A stretch of 64,000 bases of DNA from Eledone cirrhosa (taxonomy: Eukaryota): the NCBI GenBank assembly GCA_964016885.1, contig OZ024740.1, positions 318,928,001-318,992,000 of the forward strand. Direction: 5' to 3'. Positions 1-12,149 of this stretch are shown here, piece by piece; position 1 is the stretch's first letter, and the number at the start of each line of letters is the position of its first letter. A program made the position numbers and the translations under genes. A model generated the notes under the pieces. The model was not told where the DNA came from. It ran no database searches and was given only the letters and a program-made list of their open reading frames with translations.

Positions 1-3000
1 CAACTTACATTCTATCTGACATTCTAACGACTCTACCAATTCGAAGTTTTTCTACTACAATACTAACTTCAAATAATCCAGGATTGTCTCCTCTATTTCC
101 ACAACTTACATTCTATGTCATATTCTAACGAGTCTACCAATTTGCTGTGTTTCTACTACAATACTCACAACAAATAAACCAGGATTGTCTCGTCTATTTC
201 CACAACTTACATTATATCTGACATACTAACGACTCTACGAATTCGAAGACTTTCTACTACAATACTAACTTTAAACTATCCAGGATTGTCTCGTCTATTT
301 CCACAACTTACATTATATCTGACATTCTAACGACTCTACCAATTCGCTGTATTTCTACTACAATACTAACTTCAAATAATCCAGGATTGTATCGGCTATT
401 TCCACAACTTACATTCTATCTGACATTCTAACGACTCTACCAATTCGCTGTCTTTCTACTACAATACTAACAACATATAATCTAGGATTGTCTCGTCTAT
501 TTCCACAACTTACAATCTATCTGATATTCGAACGACTCTACCAATTCGAAGTCTTTCTGCTACAATACTAACAACAAATAATCTAGGATTGTCTCGTCTA
601 TTTCCACAACTTACATTCTATCTGACATTCTAACGACTCTAACAATTCGAGGTCTTTCTACTACAATACTCACAACAAATAATCCAGGATTGTCTCATCT
701 ATTTCCACAACTTACATTCTATCTGACATTCTAACGACTCTACCAATTCGATGTGTTTCTACTACAATACTCACGTCAAATAATCCAGGATTGTCTCGTC
801 TGTCTCCAGACCTTACATTCTATCTGACATTCTAACGACTCTACCAGTTCGCTGTATTTCTACTACAATACTCACAACAAATAATCCAGGATTGTCTCGT
901 CTATTTCCACAACTTACATTCTATCTCACATTCTAACGTGTCTACCAATTCGAAGTCTTTCTACTACAATACTAACTTTAAACAATCCAGGATTGTCTCC
1001 TCTATTTCCACAACTTACATTCTATCTGACATTGAAACGACTCTACCAATTCGATGTGTTTGTACTACAATACTCACAAAAAAATAATCCAGGATTGTAT
1101 CGTCTTTTTCCACAACTTACATTCTATCTGACATTCTAACGACTCTACCAATTCGCTGTATTTCTACTACAATACTAACTTCAATTAGTCCAGAATTGTA
1201 TCATCTATTTCCACAACTTACATTCTATCTGATATTCGAACGACTCTACCAATTCGAAGTCTTTCTACTACAATACTCACAACAAACAATCCAGGATTGT
1301 CTCGTCTATTTCTACAACTTACATTCTATGTGACATTAAAACGACTCTATCAATTCGAAGTCTTTCTACTACAATACTAACGTCAAATAATCCAGGATTG
1401 TCTCGTCTATTTCCACAACTTACGTTCTATCTGACATTCTAACGACTCTACCAATTCGAATTCTTTATATTACAATACTCACAACAAATAATCCACGACT
1501 GTCTCGTCTATTTCCACAACTTACATTCTATCTGACATTCTAACGACTCTACCAATTCGCTGTATTTCTACTACAATACTCACGACAAATAATCCAGGAT
1601 TGTCTCGTCTATTTCCACAACTTACATTCTATCTGACATTATAACGACTCTACGAATTCGCTGTCTTTCTACTACAATGCTCACAAAAAATAATCCACGA
1701 CTGTCTCGTCTATTTCCACAACTTACATTCTATCTGACATTCTAACGACTCTACCAATTCGAAATCTTTCTACTACAATACTCACAACAAACAATCCAGG
1801 ATTGTCTCGTCTATTTCTACAACTTACATTCTATGTGACATTCAAACGACTCTATCAATTCGAAGTCTTTCTACTACAATACTAACGTCAAATAATCCAG
1901 AATTGTCTCGTCTATTTCCACAACTTACGTTCTATCTGACATTCTAACGACTCTACCAATTCGAATTCTTTCTATTACAATACTCACAACAAATAATCCA
2001 GGATTGTCTCGTCTATTTCCACAACTTACATTCTATCTGACATTCTAACGACTCTACGAATTCGCTGTCTTTCTACTACAATGCTCGCAACAAATAATCC
2101 ACGACTGTCTCGTCTATTTCCACAACTTACATTCTATCTGACATTCTAACGACTCTAGCAATTCGAAATCTTTCTACTACAATACTCACAACAAACAATC
2201 CAGGATTGTCTCGTCTATTTCTACAACTTACATTCTATGTGACATTCAAACGACTCTATCAATTCGAAGTCCTTCTACAACAATACTAACGTAAAATAAT
2301 CCAGGATCGTCTCGTCTATTTCCACAACTTACATTCTATCTGACATTCTAACGACTCTACCAATTCGAAATCTTTCTACTACAATACTAACAACAAATAA
2401 TCTGGGATTGTCTCGTCTATTTCCACAACATACATTCTATCTGACATTCTAACGACTCTACCAATTCGAAGTTTTTCTACTACAATACTCCCAACAAATT
2501 ATCAAGGATTGTCTCGTCTATTTCCACAACTTACATTCTATCTCACATTCTATCGTGTCTACCAATTCGAAGTCTTTCTACTACAATACTAACTTTAAAC
2601 AATCCAGGATTGTCTCCTCTATTTCCACAACTTACATTCTATCTGACATTGAAACAACTCTACCAATTCGATGTCTTTGTACTACAATACTCACAACAAA
2701 CAATCCAGGATTGTCTCGTCTATTTCTACAACTTACATTCTATGTGACATTCAAACGACTCTATCAATTCGAAGTCTTTCTACAAAAATACTAACGTAAA
2801 ATAATCCAGGATTGTCTCGTCCATTTCCACAACTTACATTCTATCTGACATTCTAACGAGTCTACCAATTCGAAGTCTTTCTACTACAATACTAACTTTA
2901 AATAATCCAGGATTGTCTCGTCTATCTCCAGACCTTACATTCTATCTGACATTCTAACGACTCTACCAGTTCACTGTATTTCAACTACAATACTACCTTC

Positions 3001-6000
3001 AAATAATCCAGGATTGTCTCGTCTATTTCCACAACTTACATTCTATCTGATATTCTAACGACTCTACCCATTCGCTGTATTTCTACTACAATACTAACTT
3101 CAAATAATCCAGGATTGTCTCGTCTACTTCCACAAATCACATTCTATGTGATATTCTAACGACTCTACCAATTCGAAGTCTTTCTACTACAATACTAACG
3201 TCAAATTATCCAGGATCGTCTCGTCTATATCCGCAACTTACATTCTATCTGACATTCTAACGACTCTACCAATTCGAAGTTTTTCTACTACAATACTAAC
3301 TTCAAATAATCCAGGATTGTCTCCTCTATTTCCACAACTTACATTCTATGTCATATTCTAACGAGTCTACCAATTTGCTGTGTTTCTACTACAATACTCA
3401 CAACAAATAAACCAGGATTGTCTCGTCTATTTCCACAACTTACATTATATCTGACATACTAACGAATCTACGAATTCGAAGACTTTCTACTACAATACTA
3501 ACTTTAAACTATCCAGGATTGTCTCGTCTATTTCCACAACTTACATTATATCTGACATTCTAACGACTCTACCAATTCGCTGTATTTCTACTACAATACT
3601 AACTTCAAATAATCCAGGATTGTATCGGCTATTTCCACAACTTACATTCTATCTGACATTCTAACGACTCTACCAATTCGCTGTCTTTCTACTACAATAC
3701 TAACAACATATAATCTAGGATTGTCTCGTCTATTTCCACAACTTACAATCTATCTGATATTCGAACGACTCTACCAATTCGAAGTCTTTCTGCTACAATA
3801 CTAACAACAAATAATCTAGGATTGTCTCGTCTATTTCCACAACTTACATTCTATCTGACATTCTAACGACTCTAACAATTCGAGGTCTTTCTACTACAAT
3901 ACTCACAACAAATAATCCAGGATTGTCTCATCTATTTCCACAACTTACATTCTATCTGACATTCTAACGACTCTACCAATTCGATGTGTTTCTACTACAA
4001 TACTCACGTCAAATAATCCAGGATTGTCTCGTCTGTCTCCAGACCTTACATTCTATCTGACATTGAAACGACTCTACCAATTCGATGTGTTTGTACTACA
4101 ATACTCACAAAAAAATAATCCAGGATTGTATCGTCTTTTTCCACAACTTACATTCTATCTGACATTCTAACGACTCTACCAATTCGCTGTATTTCTACTA
4201 CAATACTAACTTCAATTAGTCCAGAATTGTATCATCTATTTCCACAACTTACATTCTATCTGATATTCGAACGACTCTACCAATTCGAAGTCTTTCTACT
4301 ACAATACTCACAACAAACAATCCAGGATTGTCTCGTCTATTTCTACAACTTACATTCTATGTGACATTAAAACGACTCTATCAATTCGAAGTCTTTCTAC
4401 TACAATACTAACGTCAAATAATCCAGGATTGTCTCGTCTATTTCCACAACTTACGTTCTATCTGACATTCTAACGACTCTACCAATTCGAATTCTTTATA
4501 TTACAATACTCACAACAAATAATCCACGACTGTCTCGTCTATTTCCACAACTTACATTCTATCTGACATTCTAACGACTCTACCAATTCGCTGTATTTCT
4601 ACTACAATACTCACGACAAATAATCCAGGATTGTCTCGTCTATTTCCACAACTTACATTCTATCTGACATTCTAACGACTCTACGAATTCGCTGTCTTTC
4701 TACTACAATGCTCACAAAAAATAATCCACGACTGTCTCGTCTATTTCCACAACTTACATTCTATCTGACATTCTAACGACTCTACCAATTCGAAATCTTT
4801 CTACTACAATACTCACAACAAACAATCCAGGATTGTCTCGTCTATTTCTACAACTTACATTCTATGTGACATTCAAACGACTCTATCAATTCGAAGTCTT
4901 TCTACTACAATACTAACGTCAAATAATCCAGAATTGTCTCGTCTATTTCCACAACTTACGTTCTATCTGACATTCTAACGACTCTACCAATTCGAATTCT
5001 TTCTATTACAATACTCACAACAAATAATCCAGGATTGTCTCGTCTATTTCCACAACTTACATTCTATCTGACATTCTAACGACTCTACGAATTCGCTGTC
5101 TTTCTACTACAATGCTCACAACAAATAATCCACGACTGTCTCGTCTATTTCCACAACTTACATTCTATCTGACATTCTAACGACTCTAGCAATTCGAAAT
5201 CTTTCTACTACAATACTCACAACAAACAATCCAGGATTGTCTCGTCTATTTCTACAACTTACATTCTATGTGACATTCAAACGACTCTATCAATTCGAAG
5301 TCCTTCTACAACAATACTAACGTAAAATAATCCAGGATCGTCTCGTCTATTTCCACAACTTACATTCTATCTGACATTCTAACGACTCTACCAATTCGAA
5401 ATCTTTCTACTACAATACTAACAACAAATAATCTGGGATTGTCTCGTCTATTTCCACAACATACATTCTATCTGACATTCTAACGACTCTACCAATTCGA
5501 AGTTTTTCTACTACAATACTCCCAACAAATTATCAAGGATTGTCTCGTCTATTTCCACAACTTACATTCTATCTCACATTCTATCGTGTCTACCAATTCG
5601 AAGTCTTTCTACTACAATACTAACTTTAAACAATCCAGGATTGTCTCCTCTATTTCCACAACTTACATTCTATCTGACATTGAAACGACTCTACCAATTC
5701 GATGTCTTTGTACTACAATACTCACAACAAACAATCCAGGATTGTCTCGTCTATTTCTACAACTTACATTCTATGTGACATTCAAACGACTCTATCAATT
5801 CGAAGTCTTTCTACAACAATACTAACGTAAAATAATCCAGGATTGTCTCGTCCATTTCCACAACTTACATTCTATCTGACATTCTAACGACTCTACCAGT
5901 TCGCTGTATTTCAACTACAATACTACCTTCAAATAATCCAGGATTGTCTCGTCTATTTCCACAACTTACATTCTATCTGATATTCTAACGACTCTACCCA

Positions 6001-9000
6001 TTCGCTGTATTTCTACTACAATACTCACAACAAATAATCCATATTGTCTCGTCTATTTCCACAACTCACATTCTATCTGACATTCTAACGACTCTATCAA
6101 TTCGAAGTCTTTCTACTACAATACTAACGTCAAATTATCCAGGATCGTCTCGTCTATTTCCACAACTTACATTCTATCTGGCATTCTAACGACTCTACCA
6201 ATTCGAAGTCTTTCTACTACAATACTCCCAACAAATAATCAAGGATTGTATCGTCGATTTCCACAACTTACATTCTATCTGACATTCTAACGACTCTACC
6301 CATTCGCTGTATTTCTACTACAATACTAACTTCAAATAATCCAGGATTGTCTCCTCTATTTCCACAACTTACATTCTATGTCATATTCTAACGAGTCTAC
6401 CAATTCGCTGTGTTTCTACTACAATACTCACAACAAATAAACCAGGATTGTCTCGTCTATTTCCACAACTTACATTATATCTGACATACTAACGACTCTA
6501 CGAATTCGAAGACTTTCTACTACAATACTAACTTTAAACTATCCAGGATTGTCTCCTCTATTTCCACAACTTACATTCTAACTGACATTCTAACGACTCT
6601 ACCAATTCGCTGTATTTCTACTACAATACTAACTTCAAATAATCCAGGATTGTATCGGCTATTTCCACAACTTACATTCTATCTGACATTCTAACGACTC
6701 TACCAATTCGCTGTCTTTCTACTACAATACTAACAACATATAATCTAGGATTGTCTCGTCTATTTCCACAACTTACAATCTATCTGATATTCGAACGACT
6801 CTACCAATTCGAAGTCTTTCTGCTACAATACTAACAACAAATAATCTAGGATTCTCTCGTCTATTTCCACAACTTACATTCTATCTGACATTCTAACGAC
6901 TCTAACAATTCGAAGTCTTTCTACTACAATACTCACAACAAATAATCCAGGATTGTCTCATCTATTTCCACAACTTACATTCTATCTGACATTCTAACGA
7001 CTCTACCAATTCGATGTGTTTCTACTACAATACTCACGTCAAATAATCCAGGATTGTCTCGTCTATCTCCAGACCTTACATTCTATCTGACATTCTAACG
7101 ACTCTACCAGTTCGCTGTATTTCTACTACAATACTCCCAACAAATTATCAAGGATTGTCTCGTCTATTTCCACAACTTACATTCTATCTCACATTCTATC
7201 GTGTCTACCAATTCGAAGTCTTTCTACTACAATACTAACTTTAAACAATCCAGGATTGTCTCCTCTATTTCCACAACTTACATTCTATCTGACATTGAAA
7301 CAACTCTACCAATTCGATGTCTTTGTACTACAATACTCACAACAAACAATCCAGGATTGTCTCGTCTATTTCTACAACTTACATTCTATGTGACATTCAA
7401 ACGACTCTATCAATTCGAAGTCTTTCTACAAAAATACTAACGTAAAATAATCCAGGATTGTCTCGTCCATTTCCACAACTTACATTCTATCTGACATTCT
7501 AACGAGTCTACCAATTCGAAGTCTTTCTACTACAATACTAACTTTAAATAATCCAGGATTGTCTCGTCTATCTCCAGACCTTACATTCTATCTGACATTC
7601 TAACGACTCTACCAGTTCACTGTATTTCAACTACAATACTACCTTCAAATAATCCAGGATTGTCTCGTCTATTTCCACAACTTACATTCTATCTGATATT
7701 CTAACGACTCTACCCATTCGCTGTATTTCTACTACAATACTAACTTCAAATAATCCAGGATTGTCTCGTCTACTTCCACAAATCACATTCTATGTGATAT
7801 TCTAACGACTCTACCAATTCGAAGTCTTTCTACTACAATACTAACGTCAAATTATCCAGGATCGTCTCGTCTATATCCGCAACTTACATTCTATCTGACA
7901 TTCTAACGACTCTACCAATTCGAAGTTTTTCTACTACAATACTAACTTCAAATAATCCAGGATTGTCTCCTCTATTTCCACAACTTACATTCTATGTCAT
8001 ATTCTAACGAGTCTACCAATTTGCTGTGTTTCTACTACAATACTCACAACAAATAAACCAGGATTGTCTCGTCTATTTCCACAACTTACATTATATCTGA
8101 CATACTAACGACTCTACGAATTCGAAGACTTTCTACTACAATACTAACTTTAAACTATCCAGGATTGTCTCGTCTATTTCCACAACTTACATTATATCTG
8201 ACATTCTAACGACTCTACCAATTCGCTGTATTTCTACTACAATACTAACTTCAAATAATCCAGGATTGTATCGGCTATTTCCACAACTTACATTCTATCT
8301 GACATTCTAACGACTCTACCAATTCGCTGTCTTTCTACTACAATACTAACAACATATAATCTAGGATTGTCTCGTCTATTTCCACAACTTACAATCTATC
8401 TGATATTCGAACGACTCTACCAATTCGAAGTCTTTCTGCTACAATACTAACAACAAATAATCTAGGATTGTCTCGTCTATTTCCACAACTTACATTCTAT
8501 CTGACATTCTAACGACTCTAACAATTCGAGGTCTTTCTACTACAATACTCACAACAAATAATCCAGGATTGTCTCATCTATTTCCACAACTTACATTCTA
8601 TCTGACATTCTAACGACTCTACCAATTCGATGTGTTTCTACTACAATACTCACGTCAAATAATCCAGGATTGTCTCGTCTGTCTCCAGACCTTACATTCT
8701 ATCTGACATTCTAACGACTCTACCAGTTCGCTGTATTTCTACTACAATACTCACAACAAATAATCCAGGATTGTCTCGTCTATTTCCACAACTTACATTC
8801 TATCTCACATTCTAACGTGTCTACCAATTCGAAGTCTTTCTACTACAATACTAACTTTAAACAATCCAGGATTGTCTCCTCTATTTCCACAACTTACATT
8901 CTATCTGACATTGAAACGACTCTACCAATTCGATGTGTTTGTACTACAATACTCACAAAAAAATAATCCAGGATTGTATCGTCTTTTTCCACAACTTACA

Positions 9001-12000
9001 TTCTATCTGACATTCTAACGACTCTACCAATTCGCTGTATTTCTACTACAATACTAACTTCAATTAGTCCAGAATTGTATCATCTATTTCCACAACTTAC
9101 ATTCTATCTGATATTCGAACGACTCTACCAATTCGAAGTCTTTCTACTACAATACTCACAACAAACAATCCAGGATTGTCTCGTCTATTTCTACAACTTA
9201 CATTCTATGTGACATTAAAACGACTCTATCAATTCGAAGTCTTTCTACTACAATACTAACGTCAAATAATCCAGGATTGTCTCGTCTATTTCCACAACTT
9301 ACGTTCTATCTGACATTCTAACGACTCTACCAATTCGAATTCTTTATATTACAATACTCACAACAAATAATCCACGACTGTCTCGTCTATTTCCACAACT
9401 TACATTCTATCTGACATTCTAACGACTCTACCAATTCGCTGTATTTCTACTACAATACTCACGACAAATAATCCAGGATTGTCTCGTCTATTTCCACAAC
9501 TTACATTCTATCTGACATTCTAACGACTCTACGAATTCGCTGTCTTTCTACTACAATGCTCACAAAAAATAATCCACGACTGTCTCGTCTATTTCCACAA
9601 CTTACATTCTATCTGACATTCTAACGACTCTACCAATTCGAAATCTTTCTACTACAATACTCACAACAAACAATCCAGGATTGTCTCGTCTATTTCTACA
9701 ACTTACATTCTATGTGACATTCAAACGACTCTATCAATTCGAAGTCTTTCTACTACAATACTAACGTCAAATAATCCAGAATTGTCTCGTCTATTTCCAC
9801 AACTTACGTTCTATCTGACATTCTAACGACTCTACCAATTCGAATTCTTTCTATTACAATACTCACAACAAATAATCCAGGATTGTCTCGTCTATTTCCA
9901 CAACTTACATTCTATCTGACATTCTAACGACTCTACGAATTCGCTGTCTTTCTACTACAATGCTCACAACAAATAATCCACGACTGTCTCGTCTATTTCC
10001 ACAACTTACATTCTATCTGACATTCTAACGACTCTAGCAATTCGAAATCTTTCTACTACAATACTCACAACAAACAATCCAGGATTGTCTCGTCTATTTC
10101 TACAACTTACATTCTATGTGACATTCAAACGACTCTATCAATTCGAAGTCCTTCTACAACAATACTAACGTAAAATAATCCAGGATCGTCTCGTCTATTT
10201 CCACAACTTACATTCTATCTGACATTCTAACGACTCTACCAATTCGAAATCTTTCTACTACAATACTAACAACAAATAATCTGGGATTGTCTCGTCTATT
10301 TCCACAACATACATTCTATCTGACATTCTAACGACTCTACCAATTCGAAGTTTTTCTACTACAATACTCCCAACAAATTATCAAGGATTGTCTCGTCTAT
10401 TTCCACAACTTACATTCTATCTCACATTCTATCGTGTCTACCAATTCGAAGTCTTTCTACTACAATACTAACTTTAAACAATCCAGGATTGTCTCCTCTA
10501 TTTCCACAACTTACATTCTATCTGACATTGAAACGACTCTACCAATTCGATGTCTTTGTACTACAATACTCACAACAAACAATCCAGGATTGTCTCGTCT
10601 ATTTCTACAACTTACATTCTATGTGACATTCAAACGACTCTATCAATTCGAAGTCTTTCTACAACAATACTAACGTAAAATAATCCAGGATTGTCTCGTC
10701 CATTTCCACAACTTACATTCTATCTGACATTCTAACGAGTCTACCAATTCGAAGTCTTTCTACTACAATAATAACTTTAAATAATCAAGGATTGTCTCGT
10801 CTATCTCCAGACCTTACATTCTATCTGACATTCTAACGACTCTACCAGTTCGCTGTATTTCAACTACAATACTACCTTCAAATAATCCAGGATTGTCTCG
10901 TCTATTTCCACAACTTACATTCTATCTGATATTCTAACGACTCTACCCATTCGCTGTATTTCTACTACAATACTCACAACAAATAATCCATATTGTCTCG
11001 TCTATTTCCACAACTCACATTCTATCTGACATTCTAACGACTCTATCAATTCGAAGTCTTTCTACTACAATACTAACGTCAAATTATCCAGGATCGTCTC
11101 GTCTATATCCGCAACTTACATTCTATCTGACATTCTAACGACTCTACCAATTCGAAGTCTTTCTACTACAATACTAACAACAAATAATCTGGGATTGTCT
11201 CGTCTATTTCCACAACATACATTCTATCTGACATTCTAACGACTCTACCAATTCGAAGTTTTTCTACTACAATACTCCCAACAAATAATCAAGGATTGTA
11301 TCGTCGATTTCCACAACTTACATTCTATCTGACATTCTAACGACTCTACCCATTCGCTGTATTTCTACTACAATACTAACTTCAAATAATCCAGGATTGT
11401 CTCCTCTATTTCCACAACTTACATTCTATGTCATATTCTAACGAGTCTACCAATTCGCTGTGTTTCTACTACAATACTCACAACAAATAAACCAGGATTG
11501 TCTCGTCTATTTCCACAACTTACATTATATCTGACATACTAACGACTCTACGAATTCGAAGACTTTCTACTACAATACTAACTTTAAACTATCCAGGATT
11601 GTCTCCTCTATTTCCACAACTTACATTCTATCTGACATTCTAACGACTCTACCAATTCGCTGTATTTCTACTACAATACTAACTTCAAGTAATCCAGGAT
11701 TGTATCGGCTATTTCCACAACTTACATTCTATCTGACATTCTAACGACTCTACCAATTCGCTGTCTTTCTACTACAATACTAACAACATATAATCTAGGA
11801 TTGTCTCGTCTATTTCCACAACTTACAATCTATCTGATATTCGAACGACTCTACCAATTCGAAGTCTTTCTGCTACAATACTAACAACAAATAATCTAGG
11901 ATTCTCTCGTCTATTTCCACAACTGACATTCTATCTGACATTCTAACGACTCTAACAATTCGAAGTCTTTCTACTACAATACTCACAACAAATAATCCAG

Positions 12001-12130
12001 GATTGTCTCATCTATTTCCACAACTTACATTCTATCTGACATTCTAACGACTCTACCAATTCGATGTGTTTCTACTACAATACTCACGTCAAATAATCCA
12101 GGATTGTCTCGTCTATCTCCAGACCTTACA
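1..12130. repeat. Variable-length higher-order repeat block: units of 32, 30, 16 and 34 monomers plus a truncated fifth head
   Basis: The private marker TATGTCATATTC occurs at 114, 3347, 6377, 7993 and 11427 (spacings 3233, 3030, 1616, 3434). Unit starts are 1, 3234, 6264, 7880 and 11314. The near-identical 79-aa pseudo-ORF recurs at 2555, 5586, 7201 and 10434. Confidence 0.9.
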
Positions 12131-12149
12131 TTCTATCTGACATTCTAAC

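Noticed and set aside
39-56. CENP-B box
   Set aside because: Only TTCG (plus the spaced A in the CTGTA allele) matches the TTCG....A..CGGG core. The CGGG half is absent.
3-59. snRNA-derived repeat (ACTTAC as at the U1 5' end; TGTAGTA on the - strand as in U2)
   Set aside because: The matches are only 6-7 nt and on opposite strands, with no further snRNA, 5S rRNA or tRNA similarity or structure.
78-82. CCAGG as a bacterial Dcm/EcoRII site array
   Set aside because: Nothing suggests a prokaryotic origin. The site is just the centre of the monomer dyad and is often mutated.
1-202. Micro-intron gene model on the - strand: 17-nt GTAAGTTGTGGAAATAG intron plus 84-nt exon giving an open 28-aa repeat (RDNPGLFVVSIVVERLRIGRVVRMSDRI)
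   Set aside because: Common alleles put TGA stops in that frame (ATCAAGG, TTCAAACG), and 1-bp deletions inside the putative exon have been amplified 10-14 times. Substitutions show no obvious third-position bias, and the peptide resembles no family I know. Spliced - strand cDNA reads would reopen this.
2615-2745. Faint leucine-rich-repeat look of the peptide (TTLPIR..TILTTNNPGLSRLF)
   Set aside because: It does not fit LxxLxLxxNxL, the unit is not a multiple of 3, and Leu/Thr/Ser richness follows from the C/T/A-rich composition.
1-12130. Rearrangements restricted to even monomer numbers (202-bp unit)
   Set aside because: This holds for the 32/30/16/34 units, but offsets of 13, 21, 39, 41, 55, 57 and 69 monomers occur elsewhere.
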